Shown piece after piece: positions 23,901 through 33,600 of a stretch of 64,000 nt of DNA; the stretch's first letter is position 1, and each line of letters starts with the position of its first letter. This DNA is from an uncultured virus (IMG/VR IMGVR_UViG_3300035506_000159) (taxonomy: Duplodnaviria > Heunggongvirae > Uroviricota > Caudoviricetes), in the IMG/VR virus record IMGVR_UViG_3300035506_000159. The stretch is one strand, 5' to 3'. A program made the translations under genes and the position numbers. The notes beneath the pieces are model-generated. The model was given only the letters and a program-made list of their open reading frames with translations. It ran no database searches and was not told where the DNA came from.

Positions 23901-24573
23901 TCATACTAGAGCTATCCAATAGATACTCTTTGGTATACAATTCACCAGTGTCCTGATTTCTAAAAGCTAATCTAAAATTAATTCCATATTGTCCTGTAGC
24001 CTTGCGGCGATGCCCAACTGGTAATGAAGTTTTAAAAGAGCCTTCAATTAATATTGCTTCAGCTGCGTTCATATATGTTTTAAACGCATCTTGATTAATT
24101 TGAAGCATATCTTTCGCGGTATCGGCACCGCTGTTAACAGTATTGTAATCATATAACGTAATATAGCATTGACTATAATATGAAGATAATCCAATCTTTC
24201 CTTCATACATTATATTATTGGCATCTTCAACTACATTATTGCCAATAAGACTATAATCACTCATAAGAGAAGAAATAGTAGAAATATTGCTATCTATTGT
24301 TCCACTATCTGCTAATCCAATAATTACTTTTGTTTGTGACATATCATTTTGTGGAATTAAGATATATACTTCATCGCCTTGCTTATAATATTTATCTTCT
24401 TGCGCATAGGCCCAAATATATCCACCATTATAAAGAATTTTATATTTTCTTCTAAGTGGTTCTTCACATCGTTCAACAGTAGCAGTTATTGTTTTGTCTG
24501 CTTGAATAGATTCAACTCTATTACTAACAATAGTATCAATTGCAGATAACAAACTCTCTTGAATATTAGACAA
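17995..24573 (-). CDS. Very large tail protein (spike/central fibre candidate)
   Basis: 2192 aa, TTG start with AGGAGG; first gene after tape measure; OB-fold-like N-terminus, Asn/Ser-rich C-terminus. Confidence 0.55.
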   Translation of the reverse strand: MSNIQESLLSAIDTIVSNRVESIQADKTITATVERCEEPLRRKYKILYNGGYIWAYAQEDKYYKQGDEVYILIPQNDMSQTKVIIGLADSGTIDSNISTISSLMSDYSLIGNNVVEDANNIMYEGKIGLSSYYSQCYITLYDYNTVNSGADTAKDMLQINQDAFKTYMNAAEAILIEGSFKTSLPVGHRRKATGQYGINFRLAFRNQDTGELYTKEYLLDSSSMTGSPLNYTTWQNQNIILPIDNENFDHIESIIAFSSGFVDQTESDSADSNPNNILIKALEIYCLQTVSDTNADSVLSISTPEGAIFAKDGSPDYLTAQAKLTVLTEDMTDRAKYYWFKKDARVSSLLSSGYSPKGGIGYKIFDDENNSYFNVKNKDCTAYENYYKCVATYNNEETVLSKEFIIWNNKYNYTATITSDVGTSFAFDRGKPVLTCSIYDPDNNLIVDNCYFCWSVENDGTTTVFDKTASEIETEMKNLLYSGTDAANEELLNKQQEAANVLTNISNFEKTIDDYYADSTTSNEDKFNNMKAAYLKTNFFNDDPQSQLDKWFGTDYNSDNLVSSLYQRLQKVIENQNSKANKDYQTATDSIANTLRSQENSQENSQEKLSQYNSLKTKLVNAKIATFSTQLGKNTFSYPMEQVDKSCTISCTVYRSNESNRYINLSDASATQIATASIVLTNTNSATPSGYTIEIKNANQTFQYNEAGISPCSSRYESPQVIYPLSFTFYDTSGQKVNLSKNGLKAYWKFPLEKTLINTPSNMTVNEKTGKAEYYKVTISDGVCSDLTFSIADLYDYSCTQNQIEVVIELEDSVYTKQTNFSFMKTGDNGTNGTSIYARITPSSSYLKDSILDNEPPTLCIYNQKITSDDSTEFNDNSESTTSYRTSCWNNNNAVSLDKMKFNLQVFNNNVDETSSATNISWGINDILGKNYSKAFEIDTRSDKTDISERKSTTISSIRTDEEVQKTSYLRYRNQIISASANVSSGRTCNNAVIKDDGNGSTSTTFEKSEVISNYTSYAFYPIPIIEYQDDIKNITITKSNLLREVTYNSSGYCPSYDDSLGLEINIPKEITYNLHITYEACGGEPSIEGEEDKYWSNCPQYSDLTVSFDTDKNSGKYDIENNTIQEQIFNENDSEENEIQEKMTSRSYFISITPNDFYNGQYTNNMVVCHIKTEDDIEIATIYSPVYMHLNTYSLSSLNGWDGTSISLSDDNAAILAPQVGAGEKDSDNTFTGIVMGIETTAKLETDEEGKQLSINKLSSYGYEDKVGLFGYNKGQRSIFLDAKTGSATFGLPSDNNVSTDGQIELIPGGVSKIGSWKFGKSYLYNFKTPSEPIFTQVTPDNSDKVSGCQLYVPVFKKTTNSDGIIEYESTNNYIADTDQKYSIDNDENYQEDPTGTFIKCIDSSGNEVYAKDEREKYYISGISSLSEAKDVQINPNDAKDIHLSSDIYTDIDSSDTISNTIYCGNKESGITLSSNPTYINVKGRPLYYYGESDKNNDFNGADANCTLNSGDSLELTINPDSTSIFTIYRRYLTSELNEDGKNVSPVWKRKSLVGINAWGQFYSNAVQDNKSTMTISNIGAFGKQANPNITKYVGAAFAYDEKNIVKLFIDAEKEKTTDKVTGEKNSPLYISTGNTTIDEYPRTVNIYGKSLNLYASPKKESALQSSDYKLTLSNSNAFFGHSYVEVNNTDPENIKYTDYSNYFQIDSTSSSSNLKKTVKIHSNDTLSMECANSFSLKLGGYTNNDTTNDGSILNMAANSNGVTTKLQEGDCLFSIGTENSPNKNSSSITNTIYSKNTSSKYNIALKTTSDNTNYNSNLGVGCSNFNYTSEVDTKTEKEAYIKLDNSSSSDSELDIQSNIIAFNTSSNYQYVPASETGINDAGLIIDGNLGKTLLYQRVATRTDTNNTNIDSSSGLSYLLLNTQNSSATGFELMDGKNGIFLKSSTATYSLGTKEYHPISNNQRYELSGYVNIGQHLQVNGIIAANQSLYAHQGVFITGTVKVNDNCNYGLYSINQIKSIAEVGGSEFIFNSDLSMDGSINSYYKYFTCNSTSGDISTSSTDPKNKRCISNHLYAINKALDYTSENIDNLNTYLNGKINSKVSNSIYSNHSHSFNLTGKTVSSSNMYTGSVADYYGSDLIIGYYVENDSANPTIQRTSLAQYNNVAIKYNTSIAYVIINGVSISGKSSTPI

Positions 24574-24597
24574 TTACTTCCCTCCTTTTATCTCAAA

Positions 24598-24634
24598 TAA
24601 AAAAGGGTGGGAGCATAATGCTACCCACCCTTTT
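24598..24634 (-). terminator. Intrinsic terminator after tape measure gene
   Basis: AAAAGGGTGGGTAGCATTATGCTCCCACCCTTTTTT. Confidence 0.8.
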
Positions 24635-24644
24635 ATCCTTTATG

Positions 24645-24694
24645 CTCTAATTTTATTGAAAATCAGATATAGGATTTTGCTTTATTTTGCCCAA
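24645..24694 (-). promoter_or_regulatory. Putative phage late-promoter motif copy
   Basis: TTGGGCAAAA-N22-TTTTCAATA..TAGAG. Confidence 0.55.
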
Positions 24695-24698
24695 AATC

Positions 24699-27600
24699 TT
24701 ATTTTCTATATGCATACTGTTCAGCAACAGAATTAAGAGAAAGTAAAGCTTCTTGAATATCACTAACAGAATTAGCATTTGGAAATTCTGCTTGAATTGT
24801 AATATTCTGTTCAATGGTTTCATTTTTACTAGACACTGAACTTGGCATTGTGGTTGATAGAGAAGTTAGTAAATTATTCATCATATCAGACTTAAAGTTA
24901 CTTGCCATATCCCTAACTGCGCTGACAGCAGCTAAAATATTTTCAGTATCAGTAGCATTTAGAATTAGCTCTTTCTGATGTAGTAATGCTAATCTTCCAC
25001 CCTTTGAGTCTAAACCAGAATTTTGGTCACTAGTCCATGTACCAGTATAACCACCAGTATCATATCCTTTAATTTGATTTATTGTAAGCCAGCCATAAGG
25101 TCCTCCAATGCCATCTAATGGCTGAATATGAATTGGGTATGGCCTAGAAGTAGTAGCTTTTCCGCCATTCACCATATATGTAATCTTAGCTTGTTTGCCT
25201 TCTCCTTGATGTCCTAGCGGTTTCTGCCCATCAGAGCTAGAATAATATTCTCCTCCAGTATAAGTTACAATATCTCCTATCTGAGGAGTACCATCTCCAC
25301 CAGAACTTCCGCTGCCAGAACTAGATGAAGATGATGATGAAGTATTAGCAGCAGTTGCTGCAGCTAAATCTGCAGAAAGTTGTCTATTTTTTTCTTGCTC
25401 TGACGCTAAAGTTGCTTCAACAGTTTTCAAATTTTGTGCATATGTACTATTTTCATCATTCAACTGAGCAACTTGACTTCTAAGATTATCTAAATTTGAA
25501 TTCAAGGTACTAATTTGCGTTGAACTCTTTTGAAGACTAGTAAAGAATGTATCAGTAGCTGTAGTAAGATTCTCCATAGTCGTATTGGTTTCTTGAAGAA
25601 TATCATTAGTCTTAGAAAAATCTTCTCCAACCTTATTACAAACATTTTCAACACTAGTTTCATAACTACTTAAAGCATTATCTATATCTTTTCTAAAGGT
25701 TTCACCAAAAGTATCACTAAAATTAGAAATACCTTTCATTAAAGAGTTAATAGTACTAGTAAATCTACTATCAATTTGTTCATATACATCATAATTTTCA
25801 TCAGCCATTTGCTGAATGGTTTCAACTGTAGCATCACTTAAAGTAATAAAACTAGTTGCGGCCATATCAGTCATTACCTGAGTAATATCAGATTGTGAAG
25901 TAGCATATTGCTCGCTATAGGCAGACATTAATTCACAATATTCAGCATAAAGTTCAGTTAATCTAGCTTGCTTTTCTTCTGCGGTTAGAACAGTAGAAGT
26001 CAAAATATCTATTGCATTACTCTTGAAATCGCTTGCTGCAGATAACATATCACTATAAGTAGATTTCATATTATCTTTAGCGAGATTATAAGCAGAATTA
26101 TAAGAATCCAAGAGTGCATCTTCTGCATCCGCAACAGAATCATCGTCCGCAACATATGTATAGCTATAATTACCCTGAGCATCACGTTTAAGTTTCATTT
26201 GAGACTTATTGCGTTGTGCTTCTTCAAGAGCTATTTGCTTCTGAAGAATATCAAGTTGAGCCTGAGCATATTTAACATCATATTCACTAAGATTAGTTTT
26301 ATCATTAAGATAAGCTAACTGTTGATTCATCTGCTGAGTAATCTTTTGCTGAGTAGCAAGACCATCAGTATCATTTAACAATTTAATATATTTAGATTGC
26401 AGCTTCTGAGTCTCATATGACCTATTAACACTATCAAGATACATATCCGCATTTTTAGAAGCAAGTTCCCACTGACTAGTTAAATAATCCAAATCAGAAG
26501 TACCAAAAAGACTGGAAGTATAACTATCCATAATACTATTAACAGTATTTTCATAGATTGTTTGAATATTTTCAAGTGAACTTTCAACTAAATCATTAAG
26601 TTGTGATTGAGCATCGGTAATCATTTCATAATATGACTGCCACTCATCGCTACCTTTATCAAACATTGTTTGCTGTATTTTTAATTGTTCAATGTACTCT
26701 TGGAGATAATCAATTTGTTTATCATAAACTATATTTTGTGCTTGTACAATATCATTAATCTTTGTATATGCTTGTTCGCCATAAATCAGATTAACCATAT
26801 TAAGTTGGTGTTCAAGTTGAGAAACTACATTATCATATTTACTATTGAATTTATCAAATTCTTCACCGATATTATCAATTAATTCTAAAATATCATCTTC
26901 AAGTTCTTCAATACCATCAGCTAGGTCTTGTGTATATTCAACAGCTAAATTATAGGCTTCTTCCATATCCTCAAGTAATGTAGCACTGTTATCACCATAT
27001 ACATCGCCTTTACCAGTTTGCTTCTGCTTTTCCCATTCTTCTTGATAGAATTTTAACCTATCAGTGACATCTTGCAAGTAACCAGCATATAAATCGTTGG
27101 GATTGCCAGTATAATTAGCAGCATCAGTAGCTTTCTGAGTATAGGAATCAGATAGTTCTTGCCAATAAGCAGCAACTTTATCCATACCCTTTTCAGCATA
27201 CTCCGCGGCCTTAGAATTTGCTTCAGCAGCTTTATCACCATAATAAGTCGCTGCATCTGCTGCGTTCATATAATAGCTACTTAATCTTTCGATAGTATCA
27301 AGACCATTTTGGAAGGCATCATCAGAACTAATTCCAGATAAAGCTCTCTTGACCGCAATCATTTGTTCTTTAAGGTCTTTAACACCGTCAATAAACTCAA
27401 ATTGTTTCTTTAATGCTTCAATTTGGGCATCGATAATTGCATCATAATAAGATTCTGCAGCTGCTATTGCATCTTCATAAACACCTAAGTCATCTAGATA
27501 CTGGTCGTATGTCTCTTGGAATTTATCAAAAGCATCCTGTGCATCTTCAATTTGTTCTTCTAGAGAATCTTGACCATCTTCTGTAGTAGTAGCATTATAA

Positions 27601-30600
27601 GTGCGGATTAGTGAGTTAATATTTTCCTTATATTTATTATAAATTTCAAGATAATTAGTGGAAATACCATCTTCGCCAAAAGTAACGCCCATCGCTTCAA
27701 GTTTAGCTTTACCAGATGCGGCTTCAGCTTCTGCAATCTTAGCTCTTTCTTGTTCTAATGCAATTAGTTTTTCATAAGAAGCAATTTGTTTTTGAAGATT
27801 TTCTACATAATCACTACCAGTAAGTCTATCTTGCTTCTCTTGGAGTCTATCCATCGCTGCATTGACTCGTTCAATACTAGCATCAACTTCTTTATAGGCA
27901 TCTGCTACATCTTCAATTTCATCTTTTGTTTGAGGGTCATAGGAAGAACCAGAATCACCAGAATCACCAGAGCCACCAGAGCCACCAGGGCTAGTTGAAG
28001 ATGGAGTATAATTATCAGATAAAGTTTTAGCATCACTTAGTTTTTTATAAACAACCTGGTCTACTACTTCTATATTTTCTGGAATACCGTTATCATTGAG
28101 TATTTGTACTTTTTTATAAGTAATAGATTCAATTCCTACGCCTAAATTACCCAGTATCGTATTAATATCGTCAGCAGTTGCACCAGTCTGTTTAAGCATA
28201 TTAACAAGTTCATTTAAATATTGAGTATCTTCAATTGTAGCTCCAGCTTCAATCTTTGATATTGAAGCAGATGCTAAATCAACTAAATTTTGAGCTTGCT
28301 CTGTTAAATTACCATTACCATCGGTACAAATTTTCATATCTACAAGAACTTGCTTAGCAGCACTAGCTCTTAATTTTTGAAGTGATTCATCATTTCCATT
28401 TAGTGCTTCTTCCATTAACTTAAGGTTTTCAGTATTTGTAAAGAAAGCTGTTTTAGCTTCATTACTCCAATCTGAAAAATCTGTATCTAAAATATCGCCC
28501 CATGGACCACTTATATCAGAAATAGCATCTGCAACATCTGAAGCACTAGAAGAAGTATCTGATAATACTTTTTTAGCGTCTGCAAAAGTATCAGATAATT
28601 TCTGTGCTGCTTTAGTTTGTTTAACTTGAGCAGCTTGAAGCTTTTTTAAAATAGATTGATATTGTTCTATTGTTTTGTTATTTTTTTCAATTTGTTTTTG
28701 ATTATCTTTGTACTTTTGACTATTTTTATCGAGCGTTTTATTGTCTCTAGTTAATTCTGCATTAGTTGATTCCAAGCTGTCGATGCTATTATTAATACTA
28801 TCGCATTGAGAAGCAAAAGCACTATCTGTTGCATATATAGCAGATACTAAATTATCATATTCATCTGAAGTCATGTCTAGAGATTCTTGTAAAGCAGTTA
28901 CGTCCGCATCGGTAAATTCTGCAGCGTCAACTAAATCTTCTACTCCTACGTCAGAGCTATAATTTTTTGCTCCGTCAATTAAAGCCTGTTTAAGCTGTTC
29001 ACCAGTTTCATAGCCAAATTGTGTAACATCTTCTTCTGAAATACCTAAATCACTTAACTCAAAATCACCGCTTGCTAGAGCTTCACGAGCTGAACTACTT
29101 AATTCACTAAAATCAAATGTTGTGCCTTCTCCAACTTCACCACTGTTCGCGGCACCTTCTAGGAGAAAGTCTGAGCCATTATCTCCTAGTATTCCATTAT
29201 AATTCGCAGTTTCAATACCATTTTGAAAGTCTAGTGAAGCTTGAGCAATTTCTTCAGCTGATTCTTCTTGCACTTTTGCCGCAGCCAAAAAGTCTGCTGC
29301 CGCATCAAGAGAAACAGTTTGTTCTTCACCTTCGGCGTCAGTATAGGTTAAATTATCTTTATTATAGCTTGTTACTTTTCCTTCTCCGCCAGTCATCTGA
29401 TTAACATAATCGTCAAAATCAGAATTTTCCCAGCTATCTTTCATCTCAGCACTAACAGAAGCAATTTCATCATTGAGTGCTTTGCCAGCTATTTGCGCGG
29501 CTGCGGTAGAAACATTTTCTCCATCAGTATATTGGCTCAAAAGAGCAGTACCAGATATAACATCTTGACTATTTTTTTCTGTCTCTCTTGTTTCATCACT
29601 ATTTGGAGAAGCACTACCAAAATTTCCTTCTTGTATTGCTTTTACTATTGAATCTGCTAATGTATCTAAATTAACGTTCTGGTGATCATTTTGACTAAGC
29701 ATTTGTTGGACTTCTTCAGCAGATGCTTGAGTAATATCATCAAGTCCTTCAATATAATCTGTAATACTTGAGATTTCATCACTGGTCAATGAAACATTAG
29801 TATCTGTTGTAGTCTCTGTAGTATATTTTTGAGTACTGCCATAAACACCAGGCTGATTAAGATTATATTCTCTAGTTATTGTTTTAGTAGCCGCGAAACT
29901 GTTTTCATCACTATTGGCAAAATTATATTGGTCTGCTTCAGCTTGCTTATCAATAGCTTGCTTTTTTGTGGCTGCAGCTGCAGTAGTAGCAGCAGTAACT
30001 TGTTTTTGTTTTTCAGCTACTACAGCTTCCTGTCCTTCTTCTGTAAAGCCTAAAGCCCCATTTTCATCTACAGTTAAATATTGAGCTAATTCTGGGTATT
30101 TATCAATTAAATCTTGAACTTGTTGATTAACATTATTAAGTTGTTCATACCATTCGGCACTACCTTTGGTTAATCCTTCAAGAGTTTCTTTTCCACTTTC
30201 AATGCTTTCAATTCCAGAATTAATTTCAGAAATTTCAGAAGAAATATCTGAAGCAGTTTGTTGTAGTTCTTGTGCTTCATTATTCAAATCTTCTACAGCA
30301 TTATTTGGATCTAAACTATCAAAATAGTCTGTAACCGCTGTTGCAAGAGCAGTAATACCATCAACTATTACTCCACCCAAAAGACCAGCAATAGTGGTAA
30401 GAATTGTAATGAAAAACATACCAGGGAAAGCATTAATAGCTGCATTTAATCCTTCCTGTGCAACTTTAGCTAATGTAGCAGCTCCGGCTTCTAGTCCTAA
30501 ACCAATAGTGGATAATAAACTAGCTGCATTTTGACCTGCAGAAACAATAATTCCTTCTTCTTTTTCTTCATTTAAATCTTCTTGCGCTTCTTTATCAATT

Positions 30601-33600
30601 TCCGCTCCTGCGGCTTCCATTCCACTGGCTATAACACTTCCTTCAACTGCGCCAGTCTTTTTTTCTGTAGTCTCAATATCTTCTTTTTTAATATCAACTA
30701 AATCTTGAGCGGCTTTTGTAGCTTCTTTTTCTGAATCAGAAGTAGACTTAACAGCTTCTCCTTGACCAGCCAATGCAGCACTAGTTTGAGAAGCAGCTTC
30801 AGATTCTGCGCCAAGCATGCCAATATATGCGGCACTAGATTCTGATTTTTGAATATCAATATCATTGCCTTCTGCTTTTTTAGTATTTAAATCACCATAA
30901 GCTGCCGCACTTTCTTGAGTAGCTTCTACTTCTGCTTGAATAATATTTGCATTATCAGGTGGTGTAGTAGTAGATTGTTTTTCTTTAGCTTTATTTGTTT
31001 CATCAACAGCATTTTTTAATTCTTCTTGTGCTTGAACTTCTTGCTTTACTGACTTTACATTAGATTTATCATCAGATTGAGCGGCTTCTTTAGCAGCTTT
31101 TCTTCTTTTTGCTCTTCGTTGTTTTGCGTTTCCGCCGCCTTTTTCATAATCTACTTTTCCGCTAGACTTCTTACTATTTTCTTTATTATTGGTTTTGTCT
31201 GCTTTTGTATCTTTTTTGGTAGCTTTTGTATCTTTTTTAGTAGCCTTGGTCTGTTTATCAATTTCTTTAGTATTCTTTTTTGTTTCTTTTGTATTTTCTT
31301 TAGTCGCATCTGAATTTTCATCTACATTATATGTACTTTTTTGTATTTCATCTGTATTATCATCTACTGAAGAAGTATTATCTTTTCTTTTTTCAATATT
31401 AGAATCAAGAGCACTACTATTCTTGTCAATAATTTGATTATTTTTTTCAAATGCTTGGCTATTTTTGTCAATAGATTCTGTGTTATCTACTATTGGATTA
31501 TCTTCTTGTTCTGCTACAGCATCAACATTTTCTTTTATTGCTTCTGTATTTTCTTTTATTGCTTCTGTATCTTTTTTAGTAGAATCAGAAGCCGATGTAT
31601 CATCTTTAGAAGAATTTTCTGCTGTTGCCTCAGTATTTTCTTTCACCGCTTCTGTAGTCTCTTCTACAGCATCTGTTTTGTTTTGTATGGCAGTAGAGTG
31701 CGATTCTTCAGCAGTAGTTTCTTCTTTAACTGTTTCTGTTAATTCCTTTGTAGAAGTTTTGCTTTGTTCTATTGATTCTTTTTGCTCTCTAAAAGTTTTT
31801 TGCAAATTTTGCATAACAGATTGAAATTTTTCAAATCCACCAGAAGCACTAGCTAAAGTTGGAAGTAGTACAACTAGAGTTTGTATAACGGCAGATATTT
31901 TATCACCCATTGACACATCATCACTGGATAGTGTATCTAATAGATTTTTAATATTTGTCCATGCCCCATACAGTTGAGTGACAGATGCAGTTAACTCTAC
32001 AACATCTTGCTTTTGTTGCCTTATCCCAGCAAATTTTATCTGGTCTTCGACTCCCTGTCTTGCACTATCTGCTGCTTTCTTAGCCGCACCGGAATCTACT
32101 GCTCCAGCATGCTGCATCGATTGTTTGTCTTCATTCTCTTGCTGAGTACTGGTTTTTCCGCCAGTTTTAGTTTCACTCATATCTAGCTTTTTACTAGCAA
32201 AATTACTAAGGACTGTATCAAATTCTTCAGTAGCTTTATCTAATTGTTCTTGATAAGCCTTAATATCAGTTGATTCTGCCATATAAGCATTAGCTAATTT
32301 CTTATAAGCCTTTTTAAGTTCTTCGTTACTATCTAAAATAACTCCATATTTTGTTTCAATATTTTCAAGATTTGCTTGTTTCTCTTTCTGAGATAAATCT
32401 TTATTATTTAACAAAGAACCTTGTCTAGTAGGCAATATATTATTTGATAGTTCATCATAGACGGTGCTTGAGCCAAATAATGAATTTGAGCTTAATATTT
32501 CATTATTAAAAGCTTTTTGAACTTCTTTCTTTTTTTCTTCAATTTTTTCAATAGCTTCGTCATCTAATTTTTTGCCACTTGCAGTATATAAATCAGCTAG
32601 TTCTTTTAATTTTTCTACAAAAGTACTATCTTCAGAAATAGTATCTGGATTATCTTGAATTAAATTCTCGATACTATTGTTAATTGCTTGCTTAATGCTT
32701 TGTAATTGTTCAATACTATATTGTTGAAGTTTTTCATTAGAAACTAGTTGACCAGGCTCGTCTCCAAAAACAGAAAGGTTAAAATCTCCCATTGCAACTT
32801 TAGATACTTCATTATTTAAAGCTGATAATCTAGTTATCTCTTTACTATATCCAGCTTTAAGTCTTTCTTTAGCTTTAGATTGAGGTATACTTTGTATTTC
32901 TTGAGCACTTTTCTCTTCAATAAGATATTGTAATTTTTCTCTGTTAGAACCTTTTGAATCAACATTCCCTTGAAGTTCTTCTCTTGTTGGTGCTCCTTCT
33001 TGACCCGCAGTTAATTCTAAAATTTCTGTAATTCTTGCTTCAATATCTTGGTCTACTTCCTCATTCAAAGTATCAAGTGCCTGCAATGCTTTCCCATATT
33101 CATTGATAGCATTATCCCACTCTTGTCTTTCTTGCTCAGTGAATCCAAGAGACTTAGCATAATTAGTAGCTTTAACTTTCCATTCTTTAAACTGTTCAAC
33201 AACTTCTTGATTTATTTGATCATTATTCGCCAATGATATAAATTCTTCTTGCACGTCTGGTCCAACTTCAAGATTTTCTTTATCTCGTGCTCGTATTTCT
33301 TTATTTAGCGAACTCTTTGCCATTGCGCTACTAATTGGATTTTTCATTGCTTTTAGTGCAAAACCACCAAGTCCAGCCAATGCACCATAATTAGAAGCAT
33401 CACCATAGGCTGTACCCATGATATTTTTAACTAAATCAAGTATAGCAGTTAGTCCAGTCATTATTGGTTTTAACTGGTCAGTAGAAAATATAGTATCAAA
33501 AATGCCTTGCGCGGCAGCTTGCATTTGAGCAGCTTTCGCCGCGAAGCTTTCCATATAAATATCTTGCTGCTCTTGAAGAGTACCAGTAGCATTGATTGAA

